A DNA stretch of 64,000 nt. Origin: Francisella tularensis subsp. holarctica. Lineage in GTDB: Bacteria; Pseudomonadota; Gammaproteobacteria; Francisellales; CACEW01. This document shows, one piece after another, positions 38,296-47,636 of the stretch (positions within the stretch are counted from its first letter, which is position 1; every line of letters starts with the position of its first letter). Below the pieces are notes generated by a model. The model had not been told where the DNA came from, did no database searches, and worked only from the letters and a program-made list of their open reading frames with translations. The DNA is taken from assembly GCA_945860585.1 (NCBI GenBank), contig CAMARA010000002.1:10643-74642 (forward strand). Direction: 5' to 3'. Both the position numbers and the translations under genes were made by a program.

Positions 38296-39551
38296 TGACG
38301 TTTCATGGCCTTGAAGAACGCATCATTGGTTTTGGATTCTTTCAGATGTTCGCTTAAGAATTCCATGGCGGCGATTTCGGTCATGGGGTGCATCAACTTG
38401 CGTAGGATCCATAGGCGTTGTAATTCGTCCGGTTTGGTGAGAAGTTCTTCGTGACGCGTGCCGGATTTATTGAAGTAAATAGCCGGGTAGATGCGTCTTT
38501 CAGCGATTTTGCGATCGAGATATAACTCGGAATTTCCGGTGCTTTTGAATTCTTCAAAAATCACATCGTCCATCTTCGAGCCGGTGTCAATCAAGGCGGT
38601 GGCAATAATGGTCAGGCTGCCGCCTTCTGCCGTATTTCGGGCGGCACCAAAGAAGCGTTTCGGACGTTGCAGCGCATTCGCGTCCACGCCGCCGGTGAGG
38701 ACTTTGCCGGAAGAGGGGGCAACGGTGTTGTAAGCGCGGGCAAGGCGGGTGATGGAGTCGAGCAAAATCACCACATCTTGTTTGTGCTCGACTAAGCGCT
38801 TGGCTTTTTCGATCACCATTTCGGCGAGTTGCACATGGCGTGTGGCGGGTTCATCAAAGGTGCTGGCCACGACTTCACCGCGGACGGTACGGGCCATTTC
38901 CGTTACTTCTTCAGGGCGCTCATCGATGAGGAGAACAATCAAATAACATTCAGGATAATTTTGTGAAATTGAGTTGGCAATATTCTGCATCATAATGGTT
39001 TTACCCACTTTAGGTGGCGCCACAATCAAGGCACGCTGGCCTTTACCCATGGGCGAAACCAGGTCAATAATCCGCGCGGTAATGTCTTCGGTAGAACCAT
39101 TGCCGATTTCCATTTTGATGCGTTCTTGCGGAAACAGCGGGGTTAAATTTTCAAATAAAATCTTTTGCTTGGCCTGCTCGGGATGATCAAAATTGACCGA
39201 ATCGATTTTGGTCAGGGCAAAATAGCGCTCGCCTTCTTTGGGCGGGCGGATGCGTCCGGAAATACTGTCGCCGGTGCGTAAATTAAAACGACGAATTAAC
39301 TGCGGTGGGACATACACATCATCTGGATTGGCGACATAATAGCTATCAGAGGAGCGCAGAAATCCATAGCCATCCTGCAAAATTTCCAGGACACCTTCGC
39401 CGAAAATATCCTCACCCTTGCGGGTATGGGATTTTAAAATGGCAAAGATGATTTCCTGTTTGCGGGAGCGCCCGACGTTTTCAACGCCAAGGGAATTGGC
39501 TAGTTCCATCAGGTCGGCAATGGATTTCTTTTTTAGATCATTTAGATTCAT
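38292..39551 (-). CDS. rho: Transcription termination factor Rho
   Basis: N-terminal RNA-binding domain ([14 protein letters not shown]), Walker A PPKVGKT and full length. Confidence 0.95.
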   Translation of the reverse strand: MNLNDLKKKSIADLMELANSLGVENVGRSRKQEIIFAILKSHTRKGEDIFGEGVLEILQDGYGFLRSSDSYYVANPDDVYVPPQLIRRFNLRTGDSISGRIRPPKEGERYFALTKIDSVNFDHPEQAKQKILFENLTPLFPQERIKMEIGNGSTEDITARIIDLVSPMGKGQRALIVAPPKVGKTIMMQNIANSISQNYPECYLIVLLIDERPEEVTEMARTVRGEVVASTFDEPATRHVQLAEMVIEKAKRLVEHKQDVVILLDSITRLARAYNTVAPSSGKVLTGGVDANALQRPKRFFGAARNTAEGGSLTIIATALIDTGSKMDDVIFEEFKSTGNSELYLDRKIAERRIYPAIYFNKSGTRHEELLTKPDELQRLWILRKLMHPMTEIAAMEFLSEHLKESKTNDAFFKAMKRQ

Positions 39552-39572
39552 GTCACACTCGCAGATAAAACT

Positions 39573-39899
39573 TTAGATATGCTGGTCAATAAAGGCTTGC
39601 AATTGGGCTTTGGTTAAAGCGCCGACTTTGGTTCCGTGAACCGTGCCGTTTTTAATGATCAGAAGGGTGGGGATGCCGCGAACGCCATATTTTTCAGTGA
39701 GTTCTGGGCATTCGTCTACATTGACTTTGGCAATCTTGATTTTGCCTTGGTTTTCAAGAGAAATTTCATGCAAAATCGGTGCAATGGCACGGCAGGGGCC
39801 ACACCACTCTGCCCAAAAATCAACGAGCACAGAGGTGCCCGACTTGAGAATTTCGCTGTCAAAGTTATCATTGTTGATGGTTATAATTGTGTCACTCAT
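39573..39899 (-). CDS. trxA: Thioredoxin
   Basis: WAEWCGPC active site, 108 aa from MSDTII, classical trxA-rho linkage. Confidence 0.95.
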   Translation of the reverse strand: MSDTIITINNDNFDSEILKSGTSVLVDFWAEWCGPCRAIAPILHEISLENQGKIKIAKVNVDECPELTEKYGVRGIPTLLIIKNGTVHGTKVGALTKAQLQAFIDQHI

Positions 39900-40031
39900 G
39901 TTGTGATGCCTCTCTGTGTTTTTTTGAAAGAATGGGGTCAGGTTACAAAAAGATAGAACATATTGAACGTGCCAAAGAATCTCTGGCTTGTGGTATAATG
40001 CACTTCTTTTTTTAAAAAAACAAGAGGGGCG

Positions 40032-40937
40032 ATGCAAAAAAACAGTCCGGAGTGTCTAGCCTGTCTGCTGGCTTTTTGCGATTATTGTTTTTTATCAAAA
40101 GGCTTAAGTGCGAATACGATTGCTTCTTATCGCTATGATTTGCAACATTTTCAAGTTTTTTTGGCAGAAAAAAAAGGGAGCCTTTTGGCCGCCACGGCTG
40201 CGGATATTCAAGCCTATTTAACCCAGCGTTATCAGCAGAAAGTGAGTGCCCGTTCGAATGCGCGCCTGCTGTCTGCACTGCGTCATTTTTATGGATGGGC
40301 GCAGGAAACGTGCGCGCTGACGCAAAGCCCGATTGCTGAAATTGATCAGCCGCAATTGGGCCGTCCCCTCCCTAAAACCTTAAGTGAAGCAGCAGTGATA
40401 CAATTGCTGCAAGCGCCGGATTGCAGCACCGATATTGGCCTGCGTGATCGCGCGATGCTGGAACTTTTGTATGCCTCCGGCCTGCGGATCAGTGAATTGA
40501 TCGGACTGAAGCTGCATATGCTGCAGATTCCACCGGGTGTGATTAAAATTAGGGGCAAAGGCAGTAAAGAGCGGCTCGTGCCGATTGGAGAAGAAGCGCA
40601 GTCCTGGTTGCAGCAGTATATCGAGGTCGCGCGTCCTGGTTTGCAGAAAGGCAGTTTGTCCGCGCAGCTCTTTCTCAGCCAGAAAGGCGGTTCGATCTCC
40701 CGTCAAGGATTCTGGTATCGAATTAAAGTCTATGCCGCCGCAGTAGGCTTGCAACAGGATCTTTCACCGCATACCCTGCGTCATGCATTTGCCACGCATT
40801 TGCTCAACCATGGCGCGGATCTGCGCGTGGTGCAAATGTTGCTGGGGCATAGCAGTGTGAGTACAACGCAAATCTACACGCATATTGCCACCGAGCGCCT
40901 GCAGAAACTCTACGCCGAGCATCATCCGCGTGCTTAA
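40032..40937 (+). CDS. xerD: Site-specific tyrosine recombinase XerD
   Basis: By recall it is near-collinear with E. coli XerD (LRHAFATHLLNHGADLRVVQMLLGHS..STTQIYTH, C-terminus HHPRA). Confidence 0.9.
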   Translation: MQKNSPECLACLLAFCDYCFLSKGLSANTIASYRYDLQHFQVFLAEKKGSLLAATAADIQAYLTQRYQQKVSARSNARLLSALRHFYGWAQETCALTQSPIAEIDQPQLGRPLPKTLSEAAVIQLLQAPDCSTDIGLRDRAMLELLYASGLRISELIGLKLHMLQIPPGVIKIRGKGSKERLVPIGEEAQSWLQQYIEVARPGLQKGSLSAQLFLSQKGGSISRQGFWYRIKVYAAAVGLQQDLSPHTLRHAFATHLLNHGADLRVVQMLLGHSSVSTTQIYTHIATERLQKLYAEHHPRA

Positions 40938-40940
40938 TTT

Positions 40941-41501
40941 CTATAGCGTGCTGGCGCTGAAATAACGCAGCAGCATCAGCAACACTTGAATGATAATCAA
41001 GACGACCATGGGAGATAAATCAAAGCCGGCAATAATCGGGAGAATGCGGCGAATGGGGCGATATAAGGGCTCCGTCAATTGCGCAAAGGCGTGGTAGATG
41101 GGGTTGAGATGGGCCTGGGCACTGAAGCTTAAGAGTGCGCGGATGATGATGATAAAAAAGTAGAGGTTTAGGATCAGGCTGGCTAATCTGAGGCCCATGA
41201 TCATGGCGAAGAGGGGGCCGGGCAGGCTGGTTTGCGTGAGGAGGGAGATCAGGGCTAAAGAAAGCGCTTCCGTCAATAGAATAAGAATAATCGCGGCGCA
41301 ATCCACGCCGAGAAATCCTGGAATAATGCGGCGCAGGGGCAGGAGGGCGAAGTTAGTCATCTTCATCACAAACTGAGACAAGGGATTATAAAAGTCGGCT
41401 TTGACCCATTGTAAGAAAAAGCGCAGTACCACTAATCCGATAAAAAAATTGAAGAGGATGTTCACTAAAAACAAGCCGATTTCATTGAGTAATAGGAGCA
41501 T
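40941..41501 (-). CDS. yggT: YggT-family membrane protein
   Basis: Two YGGT-like repeats downstream of proC. I chose the start MLLLLNEIG (the ORF is open to 41525). Confidence 0.75.
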   Translation of the reverse strand: MLLLLNEIGLFLVNILFNFFIGLVVLRFFLQWVKADFYNPLSQFVMKMTNFALLPLRRIIPGFLGVDCAAIILILLTEALSLALISLLTQTSLPGPLFAMIMGLRLASLILNLYFFIIIIRALLSFSAQAHLNPIYHAFAQLTEPLYRPIRRILPIIAGFDLSPMVVLIIIQVLLMLLRYFSASTL

Positions 41502-41502
41502 C

Positions 41503-42321
41503 TTAGGATCCTTTTGCGAGTTCAAGGGCGCGGTTTTTGCAGGCCTGCATGGCTTCTTCCAGCAGGTTCATTAAATGATTGTTCTCCATGCTGGCAATGG
41601 CTGCAGCGGTACTGCCTCCTTTTGAGGAAACCTGCGCGCGGAGGCTGGCAAAATCGCTCGTGCTTTCCAGGGCCAGCTTGGCCGCGCCATACGCGGTTTG
41701 GGCGGTGAAGAGGTGTGCGGTGTCTGCGCTCAGGCCCATTTTTAGCGCGACGGCTTCCATGATTTCCATGAAATAAAAATAATAGCCTGGGCCGCTGCCG
41801 GATAAAGCGGTAATCGCTGCAAGATCGCCTTCCTCTTTGACCCAGCTGATCACGCCAGTGGCACGCAGAATGGATTCGGCGAGATTCTGATGCGCTGTGT
41901 GCGCGGCGGCATTGGCAAAGAGGCCGGTCGCTCCGGCTTGAACGGCGGCGGGGGTGTTGGGCATGGCGCGTACGATCGCCACAGGTGCATCCAGCCATTG
42001 CGCGAGCTGGGTCACCGTAATCCCTGCCATGACGGAAATGATGAGGGGAGAATGAGTTTTGCAGTAGGCTTGCAGTTGCATGCAGGCGGCTTCTGCATCT
42101 TGCGGCTTAATGGCTAAGACGAGTACGTCGGCTTTGCTTAAAGCGGTCTGAAGATCTGCTGATGCTGCCACGCCGTATTCTGCCCTAAAAGCCTGGCATT
42201 TAGCGGGGTTGCGATCGATAACCTGTATGTAGTGGGCCGGATAGCCATCGTGAATGAGGCCAGCAATAATCGCCCGGGACATATTGCCGCCGCCGAGGAA
42301 AAGAAGGGTGTGCGTGCGCAT
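41503..42321 (-). CDS. proC: Pyrroline-5-carboxylate reductase
   Basis: FLGGGNM NADP motif and the C-terminal P5CR signature (SKGGSTAAAI). Confidence 0.9.
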   Translation of the reverse strand: MRTHTLLFLGGGNMSRAIIAGLIHDGYPAHYIQVIDRNPAKCQAFRAEYGVAASADLQTALSKADVLVLAIKPQDAEAACMQLQAYCKTHSPLIISVMAGITVTQLAQWLDAPVAIVRAMPNTPAAVQAGATGLFANAAAHTAHQNLAESILRATGVISWVKEEGDLAAITALSGSGPGYYFYFMEIMEAVALKMGLSADTAHLFTAQTAYGAAKLALESTSDFASLRAQVSSKGGSTAAAIASMENNHLMNLLEEAMQACKNRALELAKGS

Positions 42322-42438
42322 GATCAGCCTCTGTATCAATGGGGTGAGCGTTATTTTAAACTGAATGTGTGTCAAAAGCTACCGTCTGCAGATGCTTTGT
42401 GGTAGGATAATTGCACTGCAATTTGATTTTACTTTTTT

Positions 42439-43086
42439 ATGCTGAATAATTCAAAAGACAATATGCTTTCGCAACAGATTCGGACCTGGGGAAAGGTAGA
42501 CGCGGCGATTGAAGGTCTGTTTCGTCGTATCGATCGCGCTGGGTTTTTATTGCCGGCGTTTCAGGATTTCGCCTACGCGGATATGGATCTCCCTACTTTA
42601 CATGGAGAGATCATGCTCTCGCCGGTGGTGCAGGCAAAATTGCTGCAGGCTGCTGATGTACAGGCGGGGGAAACGGTTTTAGAAGTCGGGACCGGGAATG
42701 GCTTTTTAACTGCGCTCTTGGCCCAGCTGGCGCAGCATGTCACTTCCGTAGAATATTATGTGGATTTGCAAGAAGTCGCGGCGCAGAATCTGGCCCGTGT
42801 GGGCTGTCAGAATGTGAGTTTGGCGGTCGGGAATGCGGCAAGTGGTTGGAAGTTAGATCAGCCGGTGGATGTGGTGGTGTTGACCGGTGGCCTGCCTTTT
42901 TTGCCCGAAGCATTTAAAAAGTGCGTGAAGCCAGGTGGGCGCATTGTGGCGATTTTAGGAGAGGCAGCAGCGATGCAAGTTACGGTGTTGCGTCAGCCGG
43001 AATCTCGCTGGACCTCAGAAAAAATATTTGAAACGACGGTGCCTTTGCTGCTGAAGGCTTCCCAACCTGAACGCTTTGTATTTTAA
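42439..43086 (+). CDS. Protein-L-isoaspartate O-methyltransferase-family protein
   Basis: SAM-binding motif VLEVGTGNGFLTALLA and a position upstream of tolC. Confidence 0.7.
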   Translation: MLNNSKDNMLSQQIRTWGKVDAAIEGLFRRIDRAGFLLPAFQDFAYADMDLPTLHGEIMLSPVVQAKLLQAADVQAGETVLEVGTGNGFLTALLAQLAQHVTSVEYYVDLQEVAAQNLARVGCQNVSLAVGNAASGWKLDQPVDVVVLTGGLPFLPEAFKKCVKPGGRIVAILGEAAAMQVTVLRQPESRWTSEKIFETTVPLLLKASQPERFVF

Positions 43087-43095
43087 GGATAGATT

Positions 43096-44478
43096 ATGAG
43101 ATTTAAAAAGCTCGCTGTGTTATGTAGTGTGATGCCAGGGATTGCGCTGGCCAGTACGGATTTGCAGACGATTTATCAGCAGGCCGCTGCAAATAATGGC
43201 ACCTATCTTGCTGCCAAAGCCACCTATCAAGCGGCGAGCTATGGCGTGCCGATCAGTCGCGCGAATTTGTTGCCCAGTCTGGTCGCAACGGCCAATACCG
43301 CGGCGACGCATATCAGTCCCGGTCCGGCGGGCTACCCCAATACGAATGGTTATGGCTTGACCTTGACCCAGCCTTTGTTGAATCTCGGCGCCTGGTATAG
43401 TTATTCGCAGGCCGAAGCGACGTACAAACAAGCCGCGGTGACGTATGCGCAGGCGATTCAAAGTTTGATTATGACGACGGCCTCCAGCTATTTTTCAGTG
43501 CTGGAAGCACAGGATCAATTGCGCTATGCAGAAGCCAATCAGCAATCCCTGGCTGAGCAAATGACGCAAACGGATGCGCAATATAAAGTCGGGATTAAAG
43601 CCCTGACCGATGTGGAGTCCACCCGCGCTAGTTATGAATCTGCGATTGCGACAACGGTGGCGGATCAGAATAATTTGAATGATGCGCTGGTCTCGCTGGC
43701 GGTGGTCACAGGGCAGCCGGAAAAAGATCTCGCTCCTTTGAAACAGGATTTCCCCTTATTGAAGCCTGATCCAGCGGATATGCAGGCCTGGGTGCAGTTT
43801 GGTCTGCAAAATAATTTAGCCTTGCAGTCGGCGGCGTTACAGAGTGAAATCGATAAACTCGGGATTCGCGTCACTGCCTTCACAGGTTATGTGCCGACCA
43901 TTAATGTCGAAGGAATCTATGATAATAATAACGATGGCGGGGGCACGAGTTCGAGTAGTGCCTCGAGTTCAAGCAATGTTCCCGAGGGGCAGGGCGATCG
44001 CATTACAACAAAGTCTGCTGAATTAGCCTTAAATTGGAATGCATTTAGCGGCGGGCAGACCTATGCCAGCGTCAAGCAGGATCAATTTACCTATCAGGCG
44101 GGCGTGGCCAATCAGGCGCAGACGGGGCGGCAAACCGATAGCAATGTCAGTCAGGCTTATCTGAATGTCTTGTCTGATATCAGTCAAATTCAGGCCTATG
44201 GTCAGGCGGTCATTTCCGGTGAAGTCTCTTTAAAGGCGATGAAAGCAGGGTACTTGGTGGGGACGCGTACGATTGTCGATGTCTTGACTGAGCAAAGTAA
44301 TCTCTTCAGTAGTCAGCAGCTGTATGCGCAATCTATTTATAATTACATCAATGATAGTTTGAATTTAAAAGAACAGGCCGGATTGCTGGGGCCCCAGGAT
44401 ATTACCGCTGTCAATGGCTGGTTAGTGCCTGCTGTCGATGCGACTTCTCCTTCTGCTCCTACCGCCGCACATTCCTAA
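43096..44478 (+). CDS. tolC: Outer membrane channel TolC
   Basis: Signal peptide, duplicated OEP repeats and the GTRTIVDVL motif. Confidence 0.9.
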   Translation: MRFKKLAVLCSVMPGIALASTDLQTIYQQAAANNGTYLAAKATYQAASYGVPISRANLLPSLVATANTAATHISPGPAGYPNTNGYGLTLTQPLLNLGAWYSYSQAEATYKQAAVTYAQAIQSLIMTTASSYFSVLEAQDQLRYAEANQQSLAEQMTQTDAQYKVGIKALTDVESTRASYESAIATTVADQNNLNDALVSLAVVTGQPEKDLAPLKQDFPLLKPDPADMQAWVQFGLQNNLALQSAALQSEIDKLGIRVTAFTGYVPTINVEGIYDNNNDGGGTSSSSASSSSNVPEGQGDRITTKSAELALNWNAFSGGQTYASVKQDQFTYQAGVANQAQTGRQTDSNVSQAYLNVLSDISQIQAYGQAVISGEVSLKAMKAGYLVGTRTIVDVLTEQSNLFSSQQLYAQSIYNYINDSLNLKEQAGLLGPQDITAVNGWLVPAVDATSPSAPTAAHS

Positions 44479-44484
44479 GGCACG

Positions 44485-46251
44485 ATGTTTGAAAAAATAC
44501 GTATTTTAAGGCGCCCGGTCAATGCGACCGTATTGGAAAACTTGATGCAAAATCAGGTGGACCCTTTTCTTGCTAAAATCATTGCAGCGCGACCGATTCC
44601 CGAGCATGCGAAAGCGGAGTTCTCTCTTTTTAATGCGCGCTTGAGTGATTTGAGTTCGCCTTTTTTATTGCAAGATGTCGATAAAGCAGTGGCGCGGATT
44701 CGTGAAGCTATGCGTTTGAAGCAGCATATTGCCTTGGAGACGGACCACGATTGTGATGGTCAAACCAGTCACGCAGTGTTGATGCGGGCGTTCATTGATA
44801 TTTTGGGGTATCCTGCGGAATATGTGCATTCTTTTATTGGGCATCGCCTGCGTGAAGGCTATGGCCTTTCAGATGCATTGGCAGACCGAATTTTGCAGCA
44901 TACGCCTCAGATTGCGCTGGTGATTACGGCAGATAATGGCAGCTCTGATGAGGCGCGGATTGCGCGTTTAAAAGCGGCGGGGATCGATGTGATTGTGACG
45001 GATCATCATGGGATTCCAGCGGAGGGCATTCCCGCCAGCGCCTATGCTTGCCTGAATCCCACGCGTACGGATTGTGAATTTCCAGATCCTTACATTGCAG
45101 GCTGTATGGTGGCCTGGCTGCTGATGGCGGCCACGCGGCGTGCAATGGTCGATGCGGGAGATCTGCCTGCCGGCACGCCTTCGATGACCGATCTGCTTGA
45201 TTTTGTGGCAGTCGGAACAGTGGCGGATTGTGTGAGTATGGCGCGCAGTTTAAATAATCGTGTGGTGGTCCAATATGGTTTGCAAAAAATCAATCAGTTT
45301 GCACGCCCGTGTTGGCAGGCTTTACGGCCTTTGCTGAAAAATATTCAGGTCACCCCGGAAGATTTGGGCTTTTTGATTGGGCCTCTCTTAAATAGCGATG
45401 GGCGTTTGTCAGATGCGCTGGGTTCTGTGAGCTTTTTATTGGCGCCGGATGTGGATGCGGCTAGTATGTGGGTGGAGAATCTGTTTCAGCAGAATCAAGA
45501 ACGCAAGCGTATTCAGCAGGAGCTGGTCAGTGATGCGTTGCGTCAAGCTGAACATCAGGTGATGTCAGGTCGTTCCTCCATTGTCGTGTATCTGGAGGAA
45601 GGCCATGCCGGTGTGCATGGCATTGCAGCAAGTCGGATCAAGGATCAGTTCGGGCGTCCGGTGATTATTTTTTCTCCCAAATTGAATGATGCCCTGACGA
45701 TCACCGGGTCTTGCCGCAGTATTGATGCCTTACATATTCGGGAAACGCTGCAGCAGATTGCGGATCAATATCCTGATTTAATTCTCAAATTTGGGGGGCA
45801 TAAAGCCGCAGCCGGCCTGACCATTGCCTTGGAGCAGTTTGAAGATTTTAGTTTGGCTTTTGAAAGGCAGGTCGCTGAAAATTTAGCTGATCATCGTGTG
45901 GGGCCCGTGATCTGGACAGATGGGGTCTGGGAGGGGGCGTTTGATGAGCTGCGGATTCAAGCTTTACAAAGCCTGCAGCCGTATGGGCGGGAATTTGATG
46001 AGCCGATTTTTGAAAGTTATGCTTATGTTAAAACCATGCGTCGTTTTGGCAAAAGCTATAATCATCTCGAATTGCTTCTCAATTTTTCGGAGGGAAAAAC
46101 GGTCAAAGCTATTTGGTTTGGGGCTTGCCAGGCGGGGGAGATGCCGGTGCAAGAGCAGGATCGTGTACATATTGTTTTCAATTTACCTCTGTATTCAAAG
46201 TCATCAAAAATAATAGAGTTGAATTTGAAATATGCTGAGCGTTGTGGCTAA
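44485..46251 (+). CDS. recJ: Single-stranded-DNA-specific exonuclease RecJ
   Basis: DHD.DG, ITADNG and TDHH DHH-family motifs, plus the GGH.AAAG DHHA1 motif. Confidence 0.9.
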   Translation: MFEKIRILRRPVNATVLENLMQNQVDPFLAKIIAARPIPEHAKAEFSLFNARLSDLSSPFLLQDVDKAVARIREAMRLKQHIALETDHDCDGQTSHAVLMRAFIDILGYPAEYVHSFIGHRLREGYGLSDALADRILQHTPQIALVITADNGSSDEARIARLKAAGIDVIVTDHHGIPAEGIPASAYACLNPTRTDCEFPDPYIAGCMVAWLLMAATRRAMVDAGDLPAGTPSMTDLLDFVAVGTVADCVSMARSLNNRVVVQYGLQKINQFARPCWQALRPLLKNIQVTPEDLGFLIGPLLNSDGRLSDALGSVSFLLAPDVDAASMWVENLFQQNQERKRIQQELVSDALRQAEHQVMSGRSSIVVYLEEGHAGVHGIAASRIKDQFGRPVIIFSPKLNDALTITGSCRSIDALHIRETLQQIADQYPDLILKFGGHKAAAGLTIALEQFEDFSLAFERQVAENLADHRVGPVIWTDGVWEGAFDELRIQALQSLQPYGREFDEPIFESYAYVKTMRRFGKSYNHLELLLNFSEGKTVKAIWFGACQAGEMPVQEQDRVHIVFNLPLYSKSSKIIELNLKYAERCG

Positions 46252-46263
46252 AATTGTGTTACA

Positions 46264-46866
46264 ATGCCAGGTATGAGCGAATTGATCACCTTACATCCTA
46301 GTCAAAATAACCCGCGCCTGATTCAGGTCATTACTGATTGTCTGCGCCTTGGAGGCGTGATTGCCTATCCCACCGACTCCGGTTATGCCTTGGGTTGTCT
46401 CTATCGTCAAAAAGAGGCGATCCAGCGCATGAAAGTGATACGGGCTTTGGATGATGCGCATCGTTTTACGTTTATTTGTCGTGATCTGTCCGAAATTTCA
46501 CAGTATGCCAAAGTGTCGAATGCGCAGTTTCGAATTCTGAAGAAATGTTTGCCGGGCGGCTATACTTTTATTTTGGAGGGCGCGCGTGCGGGTATGTTGG
46601 GCGTGCGGATTCCCGATCATCCGATTGCCCTGATGATTGTAGGGGCTTTGGAAGAGCCGCTCTTGTCAACGACTTTGATTTTGCCGGATCACGATGCGCC
46701 TTTATTTTATCCGGAAGATGTGGCCGATGCCTTGGAAGGAGAGGTGGATATTATTATTGATGCAGGGTATGCGGGCTATGAACCGACCTCTGTCGTGGAT
46801 TTAACAGGAGAACGCCCCGTGGTGATTCGTCAGGGAAGTGGAGATGTGAGTGAGTTTTTATCATGA
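46264..46866 (+). CDS. Sua5/YciO/YrdC-family protein (YciO-like)
   Basis: YPTDSGYALGC motif; about 200 aa. Confidence 0.8.
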   Translation: MPGMSELITLHPSQNNPRLIQVITDCLRLGGVIAYPTDSGYALGCLYRQKEAIQRMKVIRALDDAHRFTFICRDLSEISQYAKVSNAQFRILKKCLPGGYTFILEGARAGMLGVRIPDHPIALMIVGALEEPLLSTTLILPDHDAPLFYPEDVADALEGEVDIIIDAGYAGYEPTSVVDLTGERPVVIRQGSGDVSEFLS

Positions 46867-47618
46867 ATGAAGTGCAGCCGAGTGAAAAAATCCAAAAAGT
46901 ATTGAGCCGTTATGGCTATGGTTCGCGGCGGGAGATCGAAGGCTGGCTGGTCGCAGGGCGCATTCATTTAAACACTAAGCTGGCCAAGCTGGGTGATCGC
47001 ATGACGCTTGCGGATGCCATTAAATTAGATGGTCGGCTGGTGATCCTGCGTCCGGAAGTCGCGTTGCCGAAAGTCTTGATGTATTACAAGCCGGTAGGTC
47101 AGGTGTGTAGTCGCAAAGATCCAGAGGGGCGACCCACCGTTTTCGATGCGCTCCCAAAGGTGCAAAATGCGCGCTGGATTATGATCGGGCGTCTTGATTT
47201 TAATACCTCGGGTTTGATTTTATTTACCACCCATGGCGAGTTGGCGAATGCGCTGATGCATCCCAAGCAGCAAATTGAGCGTGAATATGCCGTGCGTGTC
47301 TTCGGCAGTTTAAGCGAAGAACAGACGAAAATGCTGTTGAAGGGTGTGGAATTAGAAGATGGTTTTGCGCAGTTTAAAGCCTTGAAAGATGAGGGCGGCG
47401 AGGGGCACAATCATTGGTATCACGTAGTCTTAACCGAGGGTCGAAATCGTGAAGTCCGCCGGATGTTTGAATATTTTAATATGACCGTCAGCCGTTTGAT
47501 CCGGATTCGTTTTGGCGATTTTAGTTTGCCGCGCGAGTTGGCACGCGGTAAAACCCTGATGCTCACCGATGTGGAAGTAAAAGCGCTGTTCAAAAGCGTC
47601 AACTTAAACCTACGCTAA
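46863..47618 (+). CDS. rluB: 23S rRNA pseudouridine synthase B
   Basis: S4 domain (EKIQKVLSRYGYGSRREIE) and the RsuA-family catalytic motif GRLD..TSGL. Confidence 0.85.
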   Translation: MNEVQPSEKIQKVLSRYGYGSRREIEGWLVAGRIHLNTKLAKLGDRMTLADAIKLDGRLVILRPEVALPKVLMYYKPVGQVCSRKDPEGRPTVFDALPKVQNARWIMIGRLDFNTSGLILFTTHGELANALMHPKQQIEREYAVRVFGSLSEEQTKMLLKGVELEDGFAQFKALKDEGGEGHNHWYHVVLTEGRNREVRRMFEYFNMTVSRLIRIRFGDFSLPRELARGKTLMLTDVEVKALFKSVNLNLR

Positions 47619-47636
47619 GGGGAGTGCTGCACAACG

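Noticed and set aside
40032-40937. Tyrosine recombinase as the integrase of a nearby island.
   Set aside because: The sequence is near-collinear with chromosomal XerD, including the HHPRA C-terminus. It sits among core genes (trxA, yggT-proC), so it is the housekeeping dif recombinase.
43921-44001. Ser/Gly-rich stretch DNNNDGGGTSSSSASSSSNVPEGQGDR in TolC, considered as a foreign insertion.
   Set aside because: It aligns with the naturally long, variable second extracellular loop region of E. coli TolC (..SDTSYSGSKTRGAAGTQYDDSNMGQNK..). It is ordinary loop variability, not an insertion.
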